A stretch of 62,929 nucleotides of DNA, filler included, from Octopus bimaculoides (lineage: Eukaryota), in assembly GCF_001194135.2 (NCBI RefSeq). It is 7 parts of 7 records of this genome, joined end to end, with 100 filler letters (N's around TTAATTAATTAA, not from the genome) between each part and the next. Parts side by side here need not be neighbours in the genome. Positions count along the whole stretch, not along the records: positions 26,745 to 40,418 come from NC_068996.1; 6 more parts are not named here. The stretch is one strand, 5' to 3'. The notes beneath the pieces were generated by a model. The model was given only the letters and a program-made list of their open reading frames with translations. It did no database searches and had not been told where the DNA came from. Both the position numbers and the translations under genes were made by a program. This document shows positions 27,317 to 38,686 of this stretch, in pieces. Position 1 is the stretch's first letter. Every line of letters starts with the position of its first letter.

Positions 27317-27754
27317 CTTATGATCTTCAAAACATCTCATATATTGGTGAGCCGACACACAATGGGGACAGAGGAAATTGGCACAATCAGAACATCTTGC
27401 AATGGCCTTCTCTTTGGCTTTACAGCTGGTACATACAATAGGGTCATCATCGGCCAGGTCAACTTCCAGCATATCGGACATGACATCATCTGACGGTAAG
27501 CTTTCAACACCTTTGGCAGAGAGCCTTGTCCCTTGAGAACACACACTGCATTCGATCACATCAGGAATGGTACCTGTTCTGTTGTGGATTTCGTCCACTG
27601 TACTCTGCAGACATTCTTGGCAAAAGACATGTAAGCAATCAAGTACTTTGGGCTGTTTAAGCTTTTTCTCACAGTTTCTACACAAATTTTCTTCATTTGG
27701 TACCGGGGATGAGTTAATGGGAGACGAAGCAGCAGAGAGCACTTCATTAGCCAT
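27317..27754 (-). CDS. brat: First coding exon of a TRIM protein (C3HC4 RING + B-box 1), brain tumor/ncl-1-like
   Basis: 146 codons, MANEV...FEDHK. RING: CRNC-x11-CLH-x2-CQEC...CSVC. B-box: CTSCKAKEKAIARCSDCANFLCPHCVSAHQYMRCFEDH. There is an in-frame TAA 3 codons upstream of the ATG, an acceptor TTTCAG at 27791-27796 and a phase-0 donor AAG|GTATCC at 27316. The symbol rests on recalled similarity of the B-box (AHxxMxCFxxH) to Brat/NCL-1 and is less certain than the TRIM call. Confidence 0.85.
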
Positions 27755-27790
27755 GACTTTTTACTTTTGAACTATTTAAGTTGGCACAAC
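27755..27790 (-). other. 5' UTR part of the first coding TRIM exon
   Basis: 36 nt between the splice acceptor and the ATG. It implies at least one upstream non-coding exon, with candidate donors CAG|GTAATT at 28431 and CAG|GTAAGA at 34711. Confidence 0.7.
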
Positions 27791-30700
27791 CTGAAATTTT
27801 AAAAAGAATACAAAACAAATGAAACTTTCTAAAAAATATTTTCAAACGATTTTATACTCTAACAATAAAATATAAAATAAAGGCGAAATTATACACGAGA
27901 TCAAATGGAGAAAATTTCAAGTAAAAAGCAATATTTATCATATACAGACACAATTCATGAAACATGAAAATATATAAAGACATGCAGGGATTTTTGACGA
28001 TATTTTAAGCAGATAAATATACAAAGTGGGGAGGGAGTAGCAGAAAAATGGAATTATGAGAGAAAGTGAGAAATCGGGCGTCTGTGGCGTTCTGTTTAAA
28101 AAGTAATAACACGTTTTACTGGTCGATTTATAGATAGGCTAGGGAACACTCGAATGTGTGTAAGAGTGTATATTGTATATTCGCAGAAGTGTGTGTACAT
28201 GCATACATGCATGTGTACATTTATATATATAAATTTGTATGTAATGTAGTGAATGCTTGTGTAATATATACGCACACACATAGAGCGCGCACGCACACAC
28301 TATTTAAAATACGATACCTGGAAACTCAAATTTAGTATACAAAACCCAATCTGCTCTTCATATATACCAATTGATAATATATTTAAAAAATAAATAATAC
28401 TAACTATATAATGAATGAGAGATTAAATTACCTGTTTTGTGTGTTCATTTGCAACCATAAATGTTCTAAGTAGCCTAATAGTGAAAATGAAGTTACGGCA
28501 AGTATATATACACACACACCTGACAGACTAGTTAAATAAATGGTTAAGTTACAAAGGCTGGTTGTCAAAAACGTATACACGACGACAGCAACATCTAACT
28601 GACATGATTGTTTTTTAAGGATATCAACCCCCTCTACCACCACCTTTATCTTCCAAAAAACTTTAGAAAATGATTCTAAAGTTATCGTTTCGAATTTTTA
28701 ATGTTATGTGAAGTTTTTGTGGGGGCAATAGAAAAATTTATATTTTCTTTCAAATAACAGAATTTTTAATTATATGCAATAATATCCCAGTTTCTTGTTT
28801 TTAATTGTTATAGATATTATAAAGTGTTTATAAAATAAGGAAAAGACTGTTCTAATCTAAAAGTAGATACGGTTAGTTAATCGTATCTTGTCTGAAAAGA
28901 AATACTTTCCTGATTGCATAATACAAAGTCGATGTTAGTAGAATAAAATCGATAAGATTTGTACTTGACAGAGAAATAAAACTGTATATACACGTACGTG
29001 TTTGTGTGTGTGTGTCGGTGAACGAGAAAAAGTCAGTTTTGTCATTTCATTTAAATACCATAAAGTAATTTTGAACAAGTTACTTATTACTTGAGGATCA
29101 GACACAATTTGTATACGATACTGTATGTACGTGAAAATCCCCACATTCTACTAAAAATCTTAAAACAATGCAACAAAAACTATATCAAATCTGACCTTTC
29201 TCTAGATTCAAGTAACCACATATGTATAACGTTATTTTTTTGTAAGCTATCTAAAACAACGTACAATTAATTGCATCATGTTCGATAATAGTGAAATAGA
29301 CAACGGAAATCTGTGTCATTATCGAACGTGTCTTTCAATCAACCAGTCAGTATCACAAGTCCCGTAACTTTCATTACACATAAGGTGTCGTCGATTTTGC
29401 AAATTACTATTACCTACATACAAACTGGAATGCTAAAACACTCATGTGGTTCCTAGTGTCCTAACCATCGATCCTGCCTTTGAGTTTTTAGAATATTCTT
29501 AAAAAGTTCATTTATGTGCATAAACACGTTTGTGTGTATACATACACAATCATCTATTACATTTGCGCACCACATATATACGCGACTCGTTACACGTCGC
29601 TCATCCGAGTCGTCACCTAACATTTAAGGTGCAATAACTCGAGTATTACAACATATACAGGCACAGATATGCTAATGTTCTATGTTGTGCCGCCTAAATT
29701 ATGCCAACTGTTCGAATATTTAGTTTCTAGTTAGTGTGCTCACTTTTGGTTGGAGCCTTTTCAAATGGCTGATTCTAAATACTAGACGAAAATGCGTCTA
29801 ACAATATTGAATGCTTTTTATACTGTATACAAGTTTGGTGAACACTTGAGAAAAGAGGGTTATAATAAGCCAGATAATAATAAAGAGATTTAGGATTATC
29901 TCCCTCTTCCCTTCTAAACTTTGAAGCAAGATCTTTCATCATCTCCCTATGTTTTCTCAAGTGTTTTTCTTTCAAATACTCAAGCATTTCTAAAATAATT
30001 CACTACCAAGTACTAACAGTAAAATTTGTAACAATTTTCATTTTTCGATTCTAAAGAATTTTTTTTTTCAAGTGTATTTTATCTTCTAAGCAACATATCC
30101 TTGTGTCCATTTATTGAAACAAGCCATGAACAAAGTCAAATATACTTGCAAATGAACATAAGGCTAACTCAGATTCTGGATGCAGAGATGAAAAAAATCT
30201 CATATTTTGGAAGAGCCAATTCTGACATCTAATGCAAATGTGAAACCTGGACACGACGAAAGACCAGTGACAAAAATTTGAAAATGCCAGAAATGAATAC
30301 TACTCATGAAATTGACTGACTGATACCAGCAAATCTAGTATATGGTTAAGCCCAAACAAATTATAAAACGTTGAAATGATCGTTGTAATTTTTGCTTGAT
30401 ATATTACATGATATATTTACTAATAATTTATTGTATTGATTACAAATCAATACTGGCAAAATTTAACCCTGAGATTAAAATTTGGATCTGTGATGATAAA
30501 CAATCACTATAAATTTAGATCGATCAAATTTTCATACCTGCATTTATGCGTGTAAATATATATATATATATGAATGAATATGTATATATATGTGTGTGTG
30601 TATATACATATGTGAATATGTATATGTGAAAATGTGTATGTACATATATATACATGTATGCATCAATACATATATGTATGCGCATATGTGTGTGTGTGTC

Positions 30701-30924
30701 CCTTATGAATTTTTTTTTACACACTGGCTTCTTGATAAAATTCTTGTAAAAGAATTTTATCCCTTTTTGAATTTATTTATGTATGTATGTATGCATATCT
30801 ATTGGAATTTTTACCTTTATAAGTAGGCTGTAATATCCTTGGAACTTATGTGATTTTTGTTACCCTGGTAACTATTTTTTCTATTTGTACATTGAAAAAA
30901 TATGCATGCATGGATGTTATGTAT

Positions 30925-31111
30925 TCTATTCTTTTTGTCATTTTGACTGCGGCCATGCTGGAGCACTGCCTTTAGTCGAACAAATCGACCCCAGGACTAT
31001 TCTTTGTAAGCCTAGTACTTATTCTATCGGTCCCTTGCCGAACAGCTAAGTTACGGGGGACGTAAACATACCAACACCGGTTGTCAAACGATGGTGGGAG
31101 AACAGACACAA

Positions 31112-31152
<41 letters not shown>

Positions 31153-31258
31153 CGACGGGCTTCTTTCAGTTTCCGTCTACCAAATCCACTCACAGGCTGG
31201 CCCGAGGCTATAGTAGAAGGCACTTGCCCAAGGTGCCACTAAACAAGCTACTTACCAC
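30925..31258 (-). mobile_element. SINE family B copy
   Basis: Reverse complement of 18164-18520, with an expanded internal (CA)/(TA) tract. Confidence 0.88.
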
Positions 31259-31616
31259 GTATGTAAATGTATGATCTATGTGTGTGTGTCTATATATACA
31301 TACACACACATATCTTAAATGCGTATCTCCCTTTTAATCGATCTTGCATTAATGCAAGAAATCAATAATATTGTACAGGAATTAACACGTGTAGTTCCTT
31401 GATCGGGCATCTGATGAAATGAAACTTACATAACACTAAATGTATTATGTACTAACAGTTTTTAATTAAAATAACTGAATAAACGAAAAGTAAACATTTT
31501 AAATTTAAAAAAAACGAAAATATTAAAAAGAAAAACTTTGTGGAGTATGTAAATTAATGATTTGTTATTAAAAAAAAACAACGTAAGCAAAATATTCCAT
31601 TATTTAAAAATAAAAA

Positions 31617-31701
31617 GGTGGAGGTAAAGAATACGTACACCACCGGTTTTCGGCGTAACAAAAACCCTCACCACCGAGTGTACGTATTCTTTACCTCCGC
31701 C
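31617..31701. mobile_element. 85-bp mini-MITE with 24-bp TIRs and 8-bp TSD
   Basis: TIR GG(T/C)GGAGGTAAAGAATACGTACAC at 31617-31640 and 31678-31701. TSD AATAAAAA at 31609-31616 and 31702-31709. Confidence 0.85.
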
Positions 31702-31768
31702 AATAAAAACCTACACTGTACACGTGTGAATAAACATGGTTAAGTTAATAATTTTACAAGCCCTGTAT

Positions 31769-31800
<32 letters not shown>

Positions 31801-32219
31801 ATACATATACACACACTTCAGTCGTCTGTTTCAATAAAGACCTTTTTTTTATTAATGAAGGAGTCACAGATGACCGAAGTAAACCATGCTCTCCTGGTAG
31901 GAGGGTCGACAATTTATACTGTCACCGGAGATATATTTTGCTGACCCTTCTCTCATTTAGCTGTGAAATGTTTGTACCACCCTGTAGATTATAACTTATA
32001 GCTGCGTAATTGATTGGTAGCTACAGCGAGGAAAAGCTTAATACGTCTTTGCGTTTTTAACATGCATAAAAGAAACAATCCTGTGTAGCTGATATCAACA
32101 ATATTAACTATCGATGCAAGAGTCTTGCATCTTCCTTTGACTATAAAGAGAGAGAAAACAAGTTCAGAATAGCATCACCTGTTCAATATCCTAACATCTA
32201 TTACAATTCTATTCACATT

Positions 32220-32545
32220 TATCTTTTACTTGTTTAAGTCATTCGACTGCGGCCATGCTGGGACACGGCCTTGAAGATATTTAGTCGAATGAATCGACCC
32301 CAGCACTTTTTTATTTTAAGCACGGCATCTATTCTATCGGTGGGTTTTGCCGAGCCGCTAGGTTACGGGACGTAAACACGCCAACACCGATTGTCAAGCG
32401 GTGGTGGGATACAAATACATAGAGAGACAATACACGCATATATACAACGAACTTCTTTCAGTTTCCGCCTACCAAATCCACTCACAAGCCTTCGGTCGGC
32501 CCGAGGTTATAGAAGACATTTACTTGCCCAAGATACCGCACATGC
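32220..32545 (-). mobile_element. SINE family B copy (diverged)
   Basis: Contains GACTGCGGCCATGCTG, GAATCGACCCCAG and ACCAAATCCACTCACAAG blocks. Confidence 0.8.
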
Positions 32546-32799
32546 TTTATTTACTAGACTTTAAAGTAGATGGTCAACTAAATATGGAAAAAAAATTTAT
32601 AGAAGAAATGAAAGGGAGGAAAATCACTTCCAGCAGAAAACTCTTGTAAATAACAATATAACATCAACAGCCAACAATTCTTTAGCAATGTAAAAGTTCC
32701 CTTTTCCACAGATATCAATACCACGAGCAATTATTTCCAATATGACAAAAAAATTACATCAGAATAAAACAATGATGCTGGAATCAACGTTTGTCTCAT

Positions 32800-32836
<37 letters not shown>

Positions 32837-35093
32837 GCATGCACACCAATAATCTAGATTCAATAAAATACTTCCATTGCAATAATGAACTATGCTAGAG
32901 ATATGTATGCACATATACAAGACATTTGCAAAATAACCATACACGAGCAAAACTGCTACTACACTAACTACTATAAGACGACTCAGCCACTTCCTGGTTG
33001 ACCGATTCTAACACGCCCGTATGTATGATTAAAATAGACTGCCAACAAGCAACCCACTTCAGTTTGCTAGTCTCGGAAAAATAAAATAAAAACTATTCAA
33101 GTTCCAAAAACGTTAAATAAACACCAAATTCGTAATTGAATAGTACGAAATTCGATAGGCTGGAGGCAGCCATGTAATGTCATGAAAACTCTAAGACTTT
33201 CATATAAGTAGCTGACCATGCATGATTCAGATTAGAAGTGATCCTAATTTGAGGAAATTAAATGTAATTATAGAACAAGGTCAATTTATGAAAGGGGATG
33301 ATGTATATACGAATTAATTGACAATGACATATGACTGGTATATAATTCGTTGGTCCCTGTGTATAAACAGGACGATAAGTAATCTTGCAAAGAAATTGTT
33401 AAATATATAATGGTTTAAATATAATTTTAGCATTAAAGCTAATGCTTTTAAAGTCTCGTTAATACAACATATATATTCATTATCATATACCAAACTGAAA
33501 AAGTGCTTTTAAGCATTAAAAAAATAGGAAGCAGAAATAAAAACAACTGGATGAGATTTGCTTATTTCCTTACAGGCCAAGTTAAACACGCAATTTATAT
33601 TGTGTAAGCATGCATGCATGTATATTTCAGCGTGTGTGCACTATGAATAAAATATAAATATAACCCGAGAAACATTGATAAATAATAAAGTGAACCATAG
33701 CGTGCGGTCGAAAGCAACAGTTTATTTTTAAGCTGTTGGTTAAGAGGAGATATATAGCAGCAGCTAGGAAGGAATTGGTGCAAAATAAAACGAAAATGGA
33801 ACGGGAAGGAAACTACTGAAAATCACATTCTACATTTAAGTTTTGAATTAATGCTGATAAAACTTGTGTGTGTGCACGTGCGTGCGTGTATGCGTGAGTA
33901 TATGTATATATTCATATATATGCTCACGTAAGGATGCAGGAGTGCATGTGCTAATATTTATTTCGTGTACGCACACGGAAATAACAAATTCGGTATAAGG
34001 GGAAATTTTGAACTTACTACATAATAGGATAGTTGATTCATTATAATGAAATCAACGAATTACAAGCTGGCCGAGCAGTGATTCTGGTCAACGTCATTAC
34101 ACTTCATTTTAGATGCAAAGATGGAATATAGTTAACTAATAATGATGCTAAAGTAAGACATTTTAAAAACAGAATCATGGATTTTAAGGCCCAGATCAGG
34201 GAAAAATTGGGGTTAATCACAAATTAATTTTAGGAGTAATATCAGCAGCAGTGAACGGCTGTTTGTATGTTAAATACAAGGAAACTGGAAACTGAAGAAG
34301 CCAGATGGACTGATATTAGGATAATATACTACCCGAGTAAACTTGGAGAATGGCTGCTCGCTGCACTACTGATCCCAGGATTCACAGTAGACGAAAAATA
34401 TATCTGCATAATATTTATTGAAAAAGACTGCACACACACACATTATATATATATAGGATTGAATGCGTGCTTATGTACACGCATTACGAATATAGAAAAT
34501 ATGCTCCGTGCGCGACATAGTAATTTCTCCTAATATATATGTGCTGCAACTAATAGTCAGCAAGAATGTAAATATTACACCATATATATAAATAAAAATG
34601 AACATATTCAGACATAATATAATCCAATATAGAAATACATGAGCTGTAAGGTATAGGATTATGCAAACATAGTGGGAACAGAAAAGTAAAAGTGCTAGTA
34701 AAATTTCTTACCTGGAATGCATACGACTGGATATATTTTATTATATATATATATATATATATNNNNNNNNNNNNNNNNNNNNNNNNNNNNNNNNNNNNNN
34801 NNNNNNNNNNNNNNNNNNNNNNNNNNNNNNNNNNNNNNNNNNNNNNNNNNNNNNNNNNNNNNNNNNNNNNNNNNNNNNNNNNNNNNNNNNNNNNNNNNNN
34901 NNNNNNNNNNNNNNNNNNNNNNNNNNNNNNNNNNNNNNNNNNNNNNNNNNNNNNNNNNNNNNNNNNNNNNNNNNNNNNNNNNNNNNNNNNNNNNNNNNNN
35001 NNNNNNNNNNNNNNNNNNNNNNNNNNNNNNNNNNNNNNNNNNNNNNNNNNNNNNNNNNNNNNNNNNNNNNNNNNNNNNNNNNNNNNNNNNNNN

Positions 35094-35131
<38 letters not shown>

Positions 35132-35699
35132 TGGTTAGGTTAGATCTGTAAGTAAATACATCTTAGATAGTACGCATGATCATCAATGTTAGGCAGCTGT
35201 GTGTATGTATGAATGTCGGTGTTGTGTGCTAGTATGTGCGCGTATGTAATGCACTATCGCTGAATGGCGCGTGTCTAAGAGATGAAACAGCAATTGAGAT
35301 TATTAACTACTACTACTACTATCTGCTACCTTCCTCCCCTTCTACACCTAACACCTTAGTCTATTTGATTTGTTTGGTTTTGCTATTTGTGCTGATGTTA
35401 TTTCTTTTGCTTTCTTTTTGTTTTGTTTGTAGTTCTTTACATTTTTCACTTTACTTTTTGTTATTCCCCCTCTTTCTTCTACTCTATTATTATTATTATT
35501 ATTATTATTATTATCACTACACTTCACTTGAACTGAAAGGAGCGGCGTTCGCTGTACGTTACGGATACACAGCGAGAGAAGCTTCCTTAGAAATTGCAAT
35601 AGTTTCTTTTTCTGAATACTGTAAATAATTGACACTACGAGATGTAAAAGAAATGTTTGTCAAAACGATATAACAAAAATATATTGTATGAAAATGGCA

Positions 35700-35800
35700 T
35701 AAAATACAGCCGCTTCCCGCCATCTTTGTAACTATCGCCTTTTTACCGCGCATGTCATAAAAAAAAAACCGGCGCCAAATCTGAAATTCAACATAAGACG
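35700..35800 (-). promoter_or_regulatory. Candidate core promoter/TSS region
   Basis: Local CpG enrichment, with a YY1-type CCGCCATCTT (35717-35726, read AAGATGGCGG on minus) and E2F-like TTCCCGCC and GGCGCCAAA (35771-35779). It lies between the two divergent genes. Motif inference only. Confidence 0.4.
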
Positions 35801-36202
35801 CAGTTTCGCAGATTGATTCCTGTTCGACACTTAAAACTATAGAACCGATATAAATTTAAATATAATAAAGCTTTGCTGTGAATTAAATAAGAATGTGAGC
35901 ACATTCTTTCTATGCTAGTGATAGAATTGTTACATATACTGTTTCTGTCAGAGATTGAAAACTAACTTAATATAAATACTGTAATCATACGCAGTGGATT
36001 TTCAAAATCGTTAGAACGTCGGTCAAGATACCAGTATAGTCTTTAGTTTTAGCCCTTTACATTCTAAATTCTAATCCTGCTGAGGTGAACTCTACCTGGC
36101 ATACACAAGTGTGCTCCACAGACCTACATACGATTTATTTTCTCGTACTTTTAAGGAAAATGAATATTTTACAATGAAGTTTGTTTTACAAATGTCTTTC
36201 AG

Positions 36203-36300
36203 GGTGGAGGTAAAGAATACGTATACCACCGGATTTCGGCGTGACAAAAACCCTAAATCCTAACCCTAACCACCGGGTGTACGTATTCTTTACCTTTGCC
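36203..36300. mobile_element. 98-bp mini-MITE (same family as 31617-31701) with 9-bp TSD
   Basis: Same TIRs, perfect TSD GTCTTTCAG at 36194-36202 and 36301-36309, and a loop containing CCCTAAATCCTAACCCTAACC. Confidence 0.88.
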
Positions 36301-36671
36301 GTCTTTCAGATGGTGTAGATTTTGATTATATCGAAATTGCAGAAAATATTTTCGGAGTGAGGAGAAGTGTTTCGGATAATTCACTTGAATCGACTTTGTT
36401 TCCCTATAACTTTCAGAAAAATAGGTATTTTTAAATGAAATTCCATATAAACACCTTTCAGATTTTGTCGATAACAATTATATAGAAATTTAATGAAAAG
36501 TTGGTAGGCGCGCATACAAATACACTGACTGATGTCACACTTTTTTCCAGTTTCATTTTGTATTGGCTTTAAGGTAGCTCCTGAAGAGGGCTAAAATCAA
36601 TGAGAGAAATAATAAAGCATTTATTGATATCCTACGATCTTAGATTTATATCACATTTGGAGAATTTTGTA

Positions 36672-37154
36672 TCACTGTAAAGCAGCAGGATAAACAATAT
36701 TCTTAGTTTTACCATTTGGTGTGAGTATGAAGGGATTGGTGCCATTTCCAACTCTGGAACAACCAACATAGAGCTGACCGTGGGAAAAGCACTGCTGCAT
36801 GAGGTGAAGTCCAAAAAATTTGAGTGATTGTTCTTGACTCTTGTTTATTGACATTGCAAAACTAATTCTTACTAGAAATTGAAATCTTTTGAATTTAAAG
36901 GGCATGTCAGCTGGAATCAGTGGAATTCTTGAAATAAGCTCATTTTCTCCCTTTCCTTGTCCAGTGAGGATTGTTGCTTCCAAAAGACGTGGATGCATTT
37001 ACCTGACTATCAGTCTTGTTCAATTGCATAGCTTTCGGAGATCCAGATTTCTCAAAAATGATTGGAACTCCTTTCTTCAATGTCAGTTTGTAAGAAGGCA
37101 TTCCGGAAGGATGCAAAGTGTTAAGAAACTCAGTAGTTATTATTATAGCATATA
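36672..37154 (-). mobile_element. Helitron PIF1-like helicase C-terminal fragment (inactivated)
   Basis: EFLNTLHPSGMPSYKLTLKKGVPI, then a frameshift and two stops (LRNLDLRKLCN*TRLIVR*), then LLEATILTG...RIPLIP...FKRFQF...FAMSINKSQEQSL...CFSHGQLYVGCSRV...TKNIVY, the typical RepHel helicase end. Confidence 0.9.
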
Positions 37155-38639
37155 NNNNNNNNNNNNNNNNNNNNNNNNNNNNNNNNNNNNNNNNNNNNNN
37201 NNNNNNNNNNNNNNNNNNNNNNNNNNNNNNNNNNNNNNNNNNNNNNNNNNNNNNNNNNNNNNNNNNNNNNNNNNNNNNNNNNNNNNNNNNNNNNNNNNNN
37301 NNNNNNNNNNNNNNNNNNNNNNNNNNNGTTTTGTTATCTTTCTTCATTAAATTTCAATATAATCTTAATGTACACAATCTGCAAAATATTTGCTGAAAAT
37401 TTCATTAAAAATACCCATTTTCTGAAAGTAATAAAGAAACAAAGTCGGGGGGGGGGCACTTGTATAGGTATGTGACTGCCTTTCATCCAGGAATCAATGA
37501 AGTAGCCTGTCAAATACTTTTATTGATTTATGAAGCATCCTTGATGTCAATGGAATTATAACCTAGGATTAAATCTCAAAATATGATTTTAATGAAAAGC
37601 ATCGACTGAGCATGTATGTATCCAGTAGTTTGAGCTCCAGAATAGAAACTTTTTGAACCTGAAAATAAACGGACTGATTCCTTGATTCCCTGATCGTGTA
37701 CGAAGGAATGAGACAAATTGTTTTCAATTTTGAAAACTTTCTATTTCAGTGCCTAAACAGCAGGATATCCAAAAAATGTACATCTTATCTCAGAGAGTTT
37801 AGACATTTCTTTAGCTCCAGAAAAGAATATCATCTCTTTGATTCTAGAAAAGAACATTTAACAATTTCAGTTATTTTTCTTTCATTAGCATTTTTTGTTG
37901 AAAAAGGTTGAGTAGGATTGAATCAGGCATATTACCATAATTTAACCCCACCCAACATTTTTCAACACACACACACAAAACAAGTGAGAATAAAGTTTTT
38001 GGTCTTATATTTATTCCACAGTTTACAATAATGTATTGGTGATAAATCATATAGCATGCATGAAGACATGGAAGGGAACAATGATACTGTCATATCAATT
38101 ATGCAATACATATATAATATTAAATGACCCTCAGTCATTTAACCAAAATACTCGTGTATATATAAATACAATTACAAGGTGAATGAGTTTACATATAAAA
38201 GCATATCTCGATGACTTACCGGGTGATCATTGATTCAAGAAGGAAGAGTTAATGTAAGTGTCAATGAAGAAGTAATAGGTTGAAAGTTTAATTGTATTTC
38301 TCTGACACTAGAGGTAACAAATAAATTATGATTTAATTAAGACCAGTTATTTCAAACAAGATTTCAGCTGTCAAGAGTGGGGCTTTGATAAAACTAAGAA
38401 AGAGTGTCAGATCAAATATAATGAGAAATAACCAATGTCATATATAGACAGATACATAAATATGAAATGTACATTTCATAGCGGTGTGCCAGCATGACTG
38501 GAGTCACAAGGCTGAAACAAATAAAAGAGTATTATATGAAATGTACATGTGCACATACACACCTGTCTGTGTGTATGCATGTCTGTCTCTCTCTCTCATT
38601 CTCTCTCGCTTTTCTCACACACACACACACACACGCACG

Positions 38640-38672
<33 letters not shown>

Positions 38673-38686
38673 GTGTGTGTATGTAT

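Noticed and set aside
29775-29987. 70-aa minus-strand ORF (MLEYLKEKHLRKHREMMKDLASKF...) behind a possible acceptor
   Set aside because: No recognisable domain and no good donor. It lies upstream of the TRIM start, which already has an in-frame upstream stop.
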